Assembly (NCBI RefSeq): GCF_003704095.1
Contig: NW_020845340.1
Coordinates: 186,001-248,941 of the forward strand
Direction of reading: 5' to 3'
Length of the DNA stretch: 62,941 nucleotides
From: Pocillopora damicornis
Lineage: Eukaryota
The translations under genes and the position numbers were made by a program. The notes under the pieces were generated by a model. The model was not told the origin of the DNA. It did no database searches and saw only the letters and a list, made by a program, of their open reading frames with translations. How positions within the stretch are numbered: position 1 is the first letter of the stretch; each line of letters opens with the position of its first letter. Shown here in pieces: positions 11,901-24,212 of this stretch.

Positions 11901-14900
11901 TGAAAAGAAATGATGAGCAATGATGAAAGAAAAAAGGAGTGGAACTTGGCATGGTAGCCTTGCCTTTTGCTTTAGTGTTTGTTGTTTCACTTCAATTACA
12001 TCCAAAAGAGGAGCTCATTAAATGGCTTACAACATGAAAATTAGTCAGAAGGAAGAAACAATTACTAGGGATGAGATGCACCATTTACATACATACACCT
12101 AGCTATGGGTAGACAACAAGATTGAGGCATGTAGTATAAATAGATTTGGTACTTTGATAGACAGTCATGTGAATTGTGATTTGAACCTTTAACTACTGCA
12201 CAGAGATTGAGGCAGTGCAAGCAACTTGCCTCCTGAGGGACCTGATATTAGGTTGACCAATCCAAGCATTCATTCAGATGCCAGTATTGGCAAAGTTGCA
12301 TACTGCACAGAGAAGTTACATGTAAATAACTTCTGGGAATTGAAGGGTTAAGGCAATTAATAGTATATTTTATTTCACTCACTTAAACTCTCAAATTTCT
12401 TTGTCATATCATTAACAGGGCTATCAACATTGTCCTGGCCAAGGTTAAGAGGTTTCAGAAGGTAGCGTACACAATCTTTGCGCTGAGAACGATTTACAGC
12501 ATCAAGGAGAGTCTGAACAGTAGCCCTACTTCCATCAAGAGAAATCCAGCCCTTGATAACATTGAGTGTATGGCTTCCAGGTTCTTTTTCCACAAAAGAT
12601 TCTCCCTCAGCTGGCAAGCCAAGTTCTTTGAAAAGTCTGAAATAAAAGGACAATGGGCCGAGGTGAAGAGGTGCTATATCACAGGAAACAAGCCAAATTG
12701 CTCATACCACAGAAATCTTTTGCAGTTTCTGTAGGTTAAGCACATAGGACTAATGCTACTCCCCTTGATTTTACCAAGTTTGATTACAGGCTACCTTAGG
12801 CGTTTTGTCATATTCTCTAATAGCTCCTTGATACCAGTTTAAACTCCTGGATTGAGGAGTTTCATTGAAGATCAAACTACAAAATTCAAAATTTTTGTAC
12901 TAATAACACTACAGTGTAAAATGAACATGAAATTCTGAAAAATAAGCCAACCTTTTCCATCCATTCCCAAAAATTTCTTTGTCCATTTCTTTACAGAATT
13001 TTCCAAACACCTCGGGTTGCTCATCTAAAATATCTTGGACTTCCGATTTTAATGAGTAAACAGAGGTTTCTTGTATGGAACCAATATGTGTGGATGATTT
13101 TTCATCATTAGGAGATCCTACACATATTAAGAAAAAATTAGTATATAATTCACTGACTGATTGCTCAAGAGATAAATGCAAGAAGCACCTTGACAATTGC
13201 TTAATGTTAGACTGTGCATATAAAAGAATACTTATAAAATAATGCAAAAGAGTGTTGTAAGAAGAGAGGCACAGTTCTTGAAAATATCCACAAATAGGTG
13301 AATTTTGAAGTTAGGGGCCATTTAAACTTGTGATCTATGTTCTACTTTTCTGAAATGCCTTGGATCTGGGCATCTAATAAATAAAGTGAATAAAATGAAT
13401 CACATCCTTTCAATCACAATTACTGATAATTAATGTGACCCTTAAAACCAAATGAAATAATTCAAATGTTTTCTACGAGGTTCACAGCATGACCATTCCA
13501 AACTGACAAGTAACATCTGTTATGAATCATCAAGAACATCATGTGGTTCACATGTTATAAAAGATGCTGAAAATAGTGTTACATATACAGAACCTTCTCT
13601 TCCAGATTCCTGTATTTTTTTAGCCAATGGTGAATCAAAGATCTCTAGTGCTTTCACAAAATATCTAAATGCTTCAGGACCCTTTTTTGGAAGTATTTCA
13701 GTCAGCAGTTGATCCATTTTGGTGCAGTTTGACTTTTGATCACTTTGCAGTTCTTGTTTGTCATACTCATCAAGCACTTTGGTTAGATAAGGTAGCAACT
13801 TTTTTATATCCATGGAAGAAAATTGATCTGAACTTGTGCGAAGCACTCTCTTGTGTTCTTCTGTCATACCAACCTCATCTGAACAAAACAAAAATTTTTC
13901 ATGCAATCTCTGCCAAGGTAGCTATACTAAATATTAGCGGATAGAAAGGAGATAATATCTTCATATATGAATCCTACTTTTCCTGTTTTTTCCTCACACA
14001 CATGTGAATGAAATTACTGATAGAAGCCTTCCTCAATTACATTCATTGTGTTACAGAAAACCGTATATATGCATCAGTAAAAAAAGCCTGTGTTGTGTGG
14101 GGCTATTGACTCCTATGCAACACTCATAGACCTACAGTTACAGAAAGTTGTTTTGTGAATTATACAACTGGGTCTTACCAAATTTTTGACCATGCCAAGC
14201 ACTTATATACCTCTGTTTAAATAACAGAAGTACTTATTTGGGTATTTAATAAATACATGTACTGTTAGTTAACATATATTTACTTCAGTAAATGGTTTGA
14301 ACCCAGGGGTAACATGTAATAGTGTAGTCTGATCAATTGGGAGATTATAGTCCTTAGCATCACAAACAATCTGAACACAAAGACCAAACTTTACCAATGG
14401 ATCAAAACTGACCACTCACAACTGACTCACAACACTTGAGTCTCACATCCAATAACATCATGGCTACACTGACCAATCAGTTTACACGAATTGGACTTAG
14501 TACATTCAACTGACATCATCTATTCACTTGACTCTTATAACGACTTCCACTCAGATTGTCAAAACATCAGTCACTACTACCCACAACAGTCCTTCTCAGG
14601 ACAACAATCACCCGGGCAATCAGAATACACTATCACATACATGAACTTGTAACATTTGGTTATCTGCTGCTGTAAAACAGGCACATCTTTTTCTTGCCAA
14701 CATGCAGGCATGCCTTCTTTCCTACATAGTTTATCATTTTCTTTTGCACACTTAGAAGAACAAAAAACAACTAACACCAATATGGAAGAATGTGCATGGG
14801 TCAGCAAAAGGAAGTGGGTACAGAGAAAGACAAACATTGGGTCTGTTGTACAGTTCCTTGGATTTTATTGTGTGAACCAGTAGGGTAAGTGAGCAAGAAT

Positions 14901-15521
14901 TTCTCCACATCAAAGAAGTTTTCAGTATCAGTCTATGACCTTTAAATCTACAGATCTGATTACCAATTCCCCTCTCTAACTGCCACATTTTTTTTCTGAG
15001 TAGAAAAAGTTGGTATTACACCCTCTTGAAGATAATCTTTTCGATTTCCGTCACCTATTGGCAGAATAATGTTTTGAAATCACGAAGAGAACTTACGTGT
15101 TGATCAGTTTTGGGAGTTTGTATGGACATAGGGAAATACAGATGAGGAGTAAACGTGAACGATGTTGTTATCCATACTTCTTACTTGCAAACCATACTTT
15201 TGTCGGTGAACAAACAAAAACAACCTTACCTTTCAAAAAACTTGACTCGTCCATTCCTGAAGCCCTTATGAGAGGCTCCGCGAGGAATCTCTGGCTACTA
15301 TTGTACAGAGCTGTGATAAAGTTCTGAAAAGCATCATCTCCCTTTCTGGGAAGCATGTCGAGTAATTCTTCAGCCTGTTCTGATCGTGTTTTCTTTGCTT
15401 TCACCAGCTCCCGATCATCATCACCAAGAACGTCAAGTCTGTTTAACAGCTTCAGAGGTTCTAGGTCCCTTACAAGCACTTGTCGATGCTTTCGAAGGAT
15501 TTTTCTGTGTTCCTCTTCCAT
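8952..15521 (-). CDS. Multi death-fold adaptor protein: CARD-CARD-DD-(degenerate DD)-DD, 7 exons, 511 aa
   Basis: Exons are 15521-15230, 13878-13594, 13117-12952, 12636-12383, 10742-10479, 10012-9935 and 9148-8952. All introns are GT..AG with consistent phases (1,1,2,1,1,1), summing to 1536 nt. Exons 1 and 2 each carry a CARD signature (LLDMLPRKGDDAFQNFITAL; LLTEILPKKGPEAFRYFVKAL). Exons 3-4 (GWKRLFKELGL...GW...ATVQTLLDAV...RKDCV) and exons 6-7 (NWKALAEKLGL...VLRNW...STVGKLYDIL) carry death-domain signatures. The exon 2 donor (GTTCTG) is weak. Confidence 0.88.
11514..11724. mobile_element. piggyBac-type MITE (TTAA target, CCCT..AGGG ends) in intron 4 of the death-fold gene
   Basis: TTAACCCTTTAACTCCC ... 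GGGAGTGAAAGGGTTAA; related copies at 20048, 30612 and 58246. Confidence 0.8.
14390..14635 (+). repeat. Decayed hammerhead-type (Penelope-associated) repeat in intron 1 of the death-fold gene
   Basis: GACT-CTTATAA-C-GAC...GTC-AAAACATC-AGTC (14530-14572) keeps the stem I and stem II pairing, but the catalytic cores are mutated. Boundaries are approximate. Confidence 0.4.
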
Positions 15522-15932
15522 TTTAGAAGGCAAAAGCGGAAGCACAGAGAGTCTTCTTTAGTTATCAATTACGAAATGACTTCTTTCCGAAACCAAATAT
15601 TTCCTACATAAATGACATTTAAATCACAGAAGAAGAAGCCTATTCACAATACCAAAACACTTCGAGCTCCGTCATCTCTTTGACCCAGAGTTTGCCAGAT
15701 AATCAACGAAAGACGACGAGATTGGGGTGGTTGGGCAACGATGAGGGAATTTGTGAGCCTGCGAATAACAGACAAACTCTATATTAAATAACTATCATAT
15801 AGTGTACCAAAATATATGCTAAATCCAACATGGCGGACATATGGCATAGGTAGAACCCCACAATAAGTCTAATTTATTTCTTCTCTTTGAGGTGACGCAT
15901 GAAATATGCAGTGTGCTTTGTTCCTGCAAACC
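15522..15932. promoter_or_regulatory. Short bidirectional intergenic/promoter region between the death-fold gene and PIGC
   Basis: The divergent start codons are ~410 bp apart. The region is CpG-retaining and has a YY1-like AACATGGCG at 15827-15835. Confidence 0.6.
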
Positions 15933-18900
15933 ATGATTAATGATTCTGGGAAGGATAACGACTTCCTTCCAGTTCAGATGAAAAGGAGGAAGCCATGGAG
16001 AAAAGTGTTATATGAAGACCAAGGTGTTCCGGATAATTATGTAGACAAGTCGTTTCTTGATGAAATGAGGAAAAATCGTGAGTACAGCACTTTATGGATG
16101 AGGATTTATATCAAATTGCTATCTCTAGTGTACCGATTTTGCGATGCTCTGTATTGGTGTGCTGCATGTGCCCCATTCGGTTGTAAAGAGATTCCGCACT
16201 GAGCAGCCGTCAAATATTGAAGTTTATGAGAATGTTGGCAACTGATATGTTATTTGGTTCCTTCTCAAGAATTTGAATATATTTTTGGAATGATTTGAAG
16301 CCTATGCATGCTTAATTTGAAAACAAATTATCGGGCAACCTATAAGATATCTGCAAGTACGAGTTTAAATGGGATTTACGAATGTGCGGTGTAGCTAGTT
16401 GATCACGTTGTGGTTCAATTTATCATGGTTTCAATTATTTTTTTTGAAATGTAAATGTCACATCAGATTTTACTAAGCCTGAAGACGACAGAAAAAGAGT
16501 AGCTTAGGATATGAACCCACAACAGATATAGATTTGACAGACATATGAAAAGCAAATGAAAGTTAAAGGTAAATTTCTGATAAACTTTTAGTAAATACAA
16601 GAACCTACCAGTTCTGGTCAGTGGTTTCAGAGTCTGGAGCAGTGTCTCAACAGTTAAGCAGGTTAGAGGAATAAAAGTTACATTTTTTTTAAGAGCTGAT
16701 GTACTGATGTCTGGCTGTTTGTGTCTTGACAGCTAAGCCATTCCAAGTAAGATCATCATGCTAGCAGTGGTTCTGATCCTATTCCATGCACCAATTTAAG
16801 AAAAAAGTCACGCACAACTTGTAATATGAACGGCATTTCACACATCACCAATTAAAGATGGAGAACTTAAAATCTCACCCTACCTTGCTTTTCTGTAAAT
16901 TCACACATCACGTATTAATTTTGGGCTTAATCGTAAGTTTTAAAAATAGAAACCCTTTGCCACCTTCAGAGAGGGTTTTGANNNNNNNNNNNNNNNNNNN
17001 NNNNNNNNNNNNNNNNNNNNNNNNNNNNNNNNNNNNNNNNNNNNNNNNNNNNNNNNNNNNNNNNNNNNNNNNNNNNNNNNNGGGGAAATGACTACAGGTT
17101 GTTTTTAATGGTCTGGCCTCATCCATATGCATGCTCTCCATCAGTTCATGCCATAGAAACAGTAGGTGGTAATCAGCCAATTTTCTATGAATAATAAGAA
17201 TTCAGTTAGGTCCCCCAGTTCTGCACATGATATCTTGTACTTCAAGGTAGTGCTAGAAGAAAGAGAAACTGATTTGTGAACCATCTGTTATTAGGAGGAT
17301 AGTGTGTGAGTATTGGTAGTACTCAAAAAAATGTTGCTCATGTTTGCAGGAATGGATGACATTAGAATTTGTGTTGTGGTGCTTTGCTCTGTGTATGTAC
17401 TTTCCCCAGTTTTGAAAACCTTAACTGATACTATTAGCACAGACACCATTTATGCCATGACGGTAAGGACTGGCCTAAGTAAGTTACATTGTACAATGAA
17501 TTTGTATGAAAGAAACAATGTGAAAAGTGGATTACTCTGTGGCATCCAATCTTTTTTTTATTTTTTAAGTTTTATAATGGCCACCAGTCAAATTATTCTG
17601 AATCACGACTAAAAAAATGTCCACAACTATTTTAAAATATACAAGTTGTCTTTCACTTTCATCCTTGGCTCAAATGCTCACAAGTCTTCCTTTATTTTAC
17701 TAGTATTTTAGAATTTTTCAGTCTTTTTTTGCCTACATCTTTCTTACAACTTCACAAGTAATGTATGTAGCATAGTACATCACACTTGTGAATGATAAGT
17801 TATGAATTTATCCAAAAAAATAAATTTGCAATGAGTAATTGCATAAATTGAAGCCCAAGAGAGGAATTTAGTTGTCAGCAGTGTTAAAACTCAATTTGCC
17901 CTGAAGATAAATACTCCTTAGGTGCTATTACCAAATGTGCTAGATATTGAGGCATATGGTGGGAGTGAGAAAATTTTTAGTGAGTTCTCACTCCCCAAAT
18001 CTGATCTCAAATAATAGCTCTTTCAGCAAATGCTCTTGTTACATTTTTTTATGGAGAACCTTCACTCAGTTCCCTACTTTGATGGTACTGTTTTTCTTAT
18101 TCAGACCTTCATGCTTGGGATGAACCTTCTTCTGTATGACTATGGAACACATGCTGCAATGTAAGTGATAGAAACTATGTGACCGTCGTCTAATTCATAA
18201 CTTAGAACCATTAGTTAAGGGAATGTTCTTTTCAGTTAGCTAATTTAAAAAAAATTGTTGGATGTAATTGATTCTTTAACTTCTTTGCAAGTGCTAGGAT
18301 GGCAGCTCTTGAGCTATGGGCATTGAATCTTTTTCCAGCTAATACATGAAAGTTGTTTCATTATTTTTTGACAGAGTCTCAAGGTCTGCCTCCCTAAATG
18401 CCTCCATCTTTGCTTCAGTGTGTCTAGCATCACGTCTCCCCTCCTCCTGGCATGTCTTTGGGACTGTCACTTTTGCTATGCAATTGTTTGCTTTGTTTCC
18501 ATCACTGAGAAGACAGCTTAAGGTACACATATTTTTTGTCTTGTGAAATTATAGAGCATTGTTCAAATAAGTGTTGAAATTAATGCAAGACTCTGCACTC
18601 TGTTTTCACCTCTCTGTGATTGGTTTAGAAAACTTGTGGAACCATCTCAACCAATCAGGGGCAAAGCTTTAACCAAACACAACTTCATTACTCACATTTT
18701 TTCATGCACAGTTTGGGCCTTTTACCATATTCTCTCTGAGTTCTCATTGGCTCCTTGTGTTGTTTACTGTGGTGCTGATTTGTTTTTGTCAGTAATTAAT
18801 GTTGTTGGTTCTGTGTATGAAAAGTGCCCTTTATTTGTTTATTGGGATGTTTTCCAGCAACTTTTGTCAGTTTTTTGGAAAGTTTGGCATGTTCTGAATA

Positions 18901-20826
18901 TACTCAAGATTTGTTGTTTTCCTTTTATTAAAAATCAAAAAGGGTAACCAAAGGTTATTCAGTACTACAATGTAATTTGTTTGTAGATGTTCTACACCGT
19001 GTGAAGGGCAGTGTTATTTATAACCCTGTAGTGAAAAAGACACTGATAGTTAGAAAAAGGCTCCTTGAAAACGACTGATGAGGTCATAATTTTTTTGTTT
19101 TAATTATTATTTAGTAACCATGTAAGCTTATATTTGCTTTCCTTTTGGCAGTGGTTTCAAGAAACACAGTCTTTTGGCAAATGTTGAATATGAGAAGGTT
19201 TTAAAATTTGTGATTTCAAATTTTCTATTCTATGACCTTTGAATATTGTGGCACCAAAGAGAACTACCTAGGTATAAATCAAACAAAACCTTCAATTCTT
19301 GTCTTGGTTTGTTAGGATAAGAAAACACCATTGAGGCAAAATGAATGAGCATGGTTAGCATAAAAAAGATTGACACCCTTTACAAAAAAGAAAACTTGGA
19401 AAATTTAGGGAAGATATTCAAGTCATACAAGTTGTGATGCAGCTCCTTAAATTTTGAATGAGAGTTTGATAATTGCTAAGTGACAGATTTTGTACCAACA
19501 TTATTTGTACCAATTTTTTTCTTGCACCTTCTTTAGATGCAGCTACCATCAAGTCATGTTGTTTTGACCTGGACTCTGGTTCTAATTGCTGTAGCAATGC
19601 TATGGCCACTTTCCCAACTGTTTGCATTGTTGCTGGCTCTTGTTCACCTGGCTGTAACATTTTTATGTCCGTTCTGGTTAATTAAATTGCAGAGATTCAA
19701 AAAGTAAGCATGTTTGCATATAAATCTAAGAATTAGAATAGATTTTAAGATTCAAATGGTTTTATAATCTTGTATCCTAAGTTAAGATGACTCAGAGTTA
19801 CATTGAAATTAGTAACTAACTGGCTGTTGTCAATAGACAGTGATTTTCAGGTGACACCATGAGCTTAAAATGAGCAGATGGAAAGGTGGAAAGATTATGA
19901 TTATTGTTTTGATAGAGTTAAATCATTCTTGTGATCCTCATAATCTAATCTTTTTCCAGTCTTGTTGAGGACATCCTATGATTGAGGTTTGACTTAGGAC
20001 TCTTCTCTTCAGATTTCTGCTCAAAATAACTAAGAAACCATTGTTGCTTAACCCTTTACACCCTGACATCATTATACATATTCTCTATACTGTTCTCCAT
20101 ACATTTCTTAAGGTGCTTTCAAGGAGAATTTGTTTAACAATCAAGAGCTTCTTTAGTCACTGATCATTTCCTTTATTCTCATGACCTTGATGTATGATTC
20201 AGAGGTGATATTGTAGGGAGGAATTAGATGCTAGTCACTCTTAGGTGTTAAAGGGTTAATTTGCTGTGGCCTAATGACCAGTACACAAAACTCCAGATCA
20301 GAAGGTCTGAGGTCAAGCCTAAGCTGGATCAGTGGGTGGTGTTCTTGGGCAAGGCACTTCTCTCAAAGAGGGATTCTCTCTGTGGAGGACTGTTGATAAG
20401 TACCAGCAAACTTTCAGGGATACTTGATAAAATGTTGGGGGGAGGCTTTTGCTGGATTGCTTAGTTTCCAAGCCCCACATCAGTGTAGTTTTCTCAAACT
20501 TTGCAAACTCAAAGAGGTGTCTCATGCAGATTGTTGAAAAAATTTATGATTATAAAACAATTACTAAATTTGGTTTTCACATGATATCATGTATTATAAA
20601 ACCTTGCATCTGTGTCATCTACCTTAGCCTTCTGCTTTGGCAGATAACTCAGACCTTGGTTTTGATAATTCATGATATCATGCTCAACCTCACTCAATAG
20701 TTGCTACCTTGTTGGCGTCAGTTGGTTGGCTAATTCCTTGTTGTTGTATTTTATCTCTGTAGTAATATACATGGTCCATGGGATGAAGCTGTTATTGAAG
20801 AAGAGCTTGAGGCAAAGCAGAAATAA
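15933..20826 (+). CDS. PIGC: Phosphatidylinositol N-acetylglucosaminyltransferase subunit C (GPI2/PIG-C), spliced; at least one exon probably hidden in the gap at 16982-17081
   Basis: Exons: 15933-16077 ([17 protein letters not shown]; start could be 15906, 15933 or 15978), 16592-16661 ([18 protein letters not shown]), 17350-17462 ([19 protein letters not shown]), 18105-18160 ([13 protein letters not shown]), 18375-18522 ([17 protein letters not shown]), 19537-19703 ([13 protein letters not shown]) and 20763-20826 (NIHGPWDEA). These are hallmark PIG-C motifs with GT..AG borders. The phase mismatch between 16661 and 17350 implies missing exon(s). Confidence 0.95.
20048..20259. mobile_element. 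piggyBac-type MITE in the last PIGC intron
   Basis: TTAACCCTTTACACCCT ... AGGTGTTAAAGGGTTAA; internal similarity to 11514-11724. Confidence 0.8.
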
Positions 20827-21409
20827 CTACAGTAAAAGTTTTATAGGCTTTCTTATTCTCCTAACATGTGTATGTGGCAATTACACATTCCGTTCCAACT
20901 GTCAGTTCAGGAAGTTGCCTAGAAACACCCCTTCTGTAATTTAGCATAAGCCTACCTTCCATATGTTTGGATGTGAGAAACTTTTGTTTGCATGGAAGCA
21001 GTTTCTCCTTGCACAATGGCACTTAGTGAGAAAGCGAAAAGATGATATTTGTTGTTGCATGGTATTTCTCATGGCAAAATTACTAAAATGACAGGACTTT
21101 ATGTGCTCAACCTATTTTTATTGACTTGAATCCAAGCTATTAAATGAAGGTTGTTTAAAATAAAATTACAGAAATATTACTTACAATGTACTGTTATATT
21201 TTCATTTCTATGTTACTCTCAGTACATCATTTATTGACAAAATTGATTTTTCATCAGTTTCCACTTAAGAATTTTTCCTGAAGGGAAGTTTTATTGTTCT
21301 AGCTGAAGCTTGACATAAGCTTAAAATGAAACTTGACTCAGCTTTTAAAAAACTTTAAGTTATTAAATGTTCTTGAAAAGTGAGGAAATGACCCCAAGAC
21401 TGTCATATA

Positions 21410-21580
21410 CAGGGGCGTAGCCAGGATTTTTCAAAAGGGGGGGGGGTCACACTGTGTCAAACAGAGGGTACTCACCAGATTTTCATGTCGACCTCTATGC
21501 CGTGTTTTACTTAATACGACAAAAAATGGTTTACTAAGGGGGTCACAGGCACCCAAGGATCCTCCTTGTCTAGGCCATTG
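21410..21580. mobile_element. Degenerate hAT-like MITE
   Basis: Starts CAGGGGCGTAGCC and ends with an imperfect inverted TCTAGGCCATTG; no clean TSD. Confidence 0.45.
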
Positions 21581-22439
21581 ATGTACGAGTTGCAAGAAGT
21601 ACACAAAGATATTTTCCACCAAATAAGACATATCAGCTGAAATTTCCGTCTTGTTCATTAGGTCCCACCTTTTCACCCTTAGGAAAACTACGAGAATTCT
21701 TATTTTTTTTCCCCCATGCCATTGAACAAATTAATTTTTTAACGGAACCCTGTTAGATTTCGACCACTTTCTTTCTGTGGCTTGGTTAAATGAAAATTCT
21801 CAAACACTCAATCGATGATCATCTTGTAACTCATCCCACTTGAAAGCAAACCGAAAGGGATGCCCCGTTTTCTAACAAAGACAGGGAAATGGGACAAACA
21901 GCTTGCGTCACGCTGGCCTTCTTTCGCCAGTTCTTACGCTTTGCTGTTTGTGGTGTCCTTCCAAGGATTCATGACAGATCTACCGATAGTGTTTTTCACT
22001 TTTTTTTTTTCACTAAGCCTTGTATTCGAAACTGCAAACTTTGATTGTTCTTCAGTGTACCCTCCAAGGTTATCATCTGATTGGTCAAAAACAGTCTCTT
22101 AATGTAATTTATTTAAGAAAAATTTCGTCAAAATGTTACCAGCTTTTCAATACGAATTTAATGTTTTCTTGTTTGTTAACCTCGTCCCTTTCAACTTAAT
22201 CCATAGGTAATTTAAAACTGTACCTTCGCTGTTCTCTAAAACTTTAAATCGAGTCTACTCCCTCTGGCTGTTAATCAGCCTTCATAATCTTCATGCACTC
22301 GAAAAGAACCGCCGCGGCACGAAACACTTTTTGCCTCTAATTTACACGATCCTTAATCCGCCCGTGGGCATAGCTTTTTTTTTTTTTTTTTTTTTAAATT
22401 TTATTTTTATTTTATTTTTTAAAATTTTTTTAAATGTTT

Positions 22440-22528
22440 AATGCCCTACTCTGATCTCTGTTTTGAGGGCCACAGAGCCATCAGTGTCTTAGGGCTACTG
22501 TTAAGTGTTTTACCCTCTCTAAATAAAG
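22440..22528 (+). mobile_element. 3' tail of a LINE (CR1/L2-like)
   Basis: GAGGG...CCCTC inverted pair, then AATAAA, then a (TATTAC)n-type microsatellite tail. Confidence 0.4.
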
Positions 22529-23336
22529 CCTATTACTATTACTATTATCTCGCTCTGAGCCAATCAGAGTGCGCGTTATATCGGCCTCAAGCCTAAGCCA
22601 TTTAATAAAATATTTTCCTTTTCAGATACTTTTGTCTGTATTCTGTAGTTATTCCCATAGTGTGTCTGTATCAGCCGACAATTACTTTAATTTAACTTAA
22701 TTAACAATGAATGATCTACCTCGGTTAATAAATGTATTTACATTTAACCTTCGAAACTGATTATGATTGTGGAAAGCCACCTGCCAGGTAATAAAATAGG
22801 CAAAGCTCAAATTCTACTCCACATTTCAAAGTCGTGAGACAAACATTGTTCAAGACAACTCCTGTTAAAAGAACCGTTCAAATTCGAACAGATCTCCTCT
22901 TCCATTTTGAAAACTCAGTGGTGATTGTTAATATCCGATTGCCCATGAAGAATATAATTTTATGATTCATTGAATTTCATCTATATTAAATTGCATAAGA
23001 AAACATGTATGTGAACACTTAACGCTAAGCCAAATGCTGTGCATATTAATACTTCATTTTGGAAATGTCGATGCAGACCTCGACTACAAAAACGAAAAAC
23101 TTAAAAAAAAGGAACGCTCTCTTACTCGTCTCTTTTTCTCGTGTTTTGATCGCAACGCAAGAGTTTAATCTTGGTGATTTGAAATGTTCAATGCATTTAC
23201 ATAAATCTACATTACAAAGCATTGTCGCTTAATTCAGAATTTAGATTAGATTGAACTGATGTTAACGCTCTGTCGTGTATTAAAAAAAAAAGAGAAAAAC
23301 TAGTGAACTCTTATTGTTTACCCATTATACCAAGGT

Positions 23337-24212
23337 CTACGTAGAAGTATTTAACTTAATTTTCCATTTGCGAACGAGTATTGCTAGTTCTCTCTTGATA
23401 TCCTTTTTTAAACAAGCGTAGACGAAAGGATTCACAACGGAGTTCAAGATAAGGAGAATAGTTATCACCTGTCCAGCTCTTTCGGAAACATTACAGGAAA
23501 AATTGATGCATAAAACTAAACCGTTTACCGCTAAGTAGCATCCCAAGAAGAAAAAGACTACAGCAACGATGAAAGGAGCTGAGTTCTTCTTGTTACGTCT
23601 GAGACACAGTGCGTTGTCTTCTCCGTCAGTAAATAATTGGTTGCAGCGCAGTTGAAGTTGTATTATCACTTCCTGCTGCTTTTGCTTGTGTGCTACCATA
23701 ATGATGCGAATAGCTGCATAAAAGAGTAGCACACAGGACAGTAGAAGAAACCCAGGGACGGTAATAAAAAATAGGATGTTCAATGCTGTGTCGGATTTCG
23801 TCACGTACTGTGTCACCAAAGTTGACGACGAAATTGTGAAAGCAAGCAACCATGCTGTCACAATTACCAGTCCAGGGTGACGCTTTGTAAATGAAGTGTT
23901 GTATTTTAAAGGGTGAACAATGGCGATGTAGCGATCCCAAGTCAAGTTGCAAAGATTCGAGACCGATGAGTGCAGGGAAAACCAAAAAAATGCCGAGACC
24001 ATTTTCAAGTTGCACTTTTCTGCGGTACAAAAATAGGCCGGTGGAAATACTGTGAATCCGAGCATTGCGTCGGCCACTGCAAGAGAAAGGACGAACCAAT
24101 TGGCAGTGGAGTGAAGTCGACGATTTAAGGCTATCAGAACGATCACTGAACTGTTCCCTATAACTGCTGTGACTGAAAGGAACCAGCCGAAAAAATTAAG
24201 GGCATTTTCCAT
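23337..24212 (-). CDS. Class A (rhodopsin-family) orphan GPCR, array paralog 1, intronless CDS (291 aa from MENALNF)
   Basis: Seven hydrophobic segments with GN (TM1), LAVAD (TM2), WDRY (TM3), W (TM4) and NPFVY (TM7). Start chosen by alignment to the paralogs; an in-frame ATG exists slightly upstream. Confidence 0.92.
   Translation of the reverse strand: MENALNFFGWFLSVTAVIGNSSVIVLIALNRRLHSTANWFVLSLAVADAMLGFTVFPPAYFCTAEKCNLKMVSAFFWFSLHSSVSNLCNLTWDRYIAIVHPLKYNTSFTKRHPGLVIVTAWLLAFTISSSTLVTQYVTKSDTALNILFFITVPGFLLLSCVLLFYAAIRIIMVAHKQKQQEVIIQLQLRCNQLFTDGEDNALCLRRNKKNSAPFIVAVVFFFLGCYLAVNGLVLCINFSCNVSERAGQVITILLILNSVVNPFVYACLKKDIKRELAILVRKWKIKLNTST

Noticed and set aside
15745-15754. GGGAATTTGT as an NF-kB site for the death-fold gene
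   Set aside because: It lacks the terminal CC of the GGGRNNYYCC consensus; too weak.
15830-15849. ATGGCGGACATATGGCATAG/GT as PIGC coding exon 1
   Set aside because: It ends in phase 2 and I found no downstream acceptor giving the PIGC frame; treated as a YY1-like motif or uORF.
17098-17165. [11 protein letters not shown] as the missing PIGC exon
   Set aside because: Only a short GLASS match, the required phases do not fit, and the following residues do not resemble PIG-C.
23626-24099. Alternate-frame and antisense ORFs overlapping the GPCRs (also 27599-28048, 37031-37363, 42240-42665, 55818-56195)
   Set aside because: They overlap bona fide GPCR CDSs, and their recurrence is explained by paralogy of the main frame.
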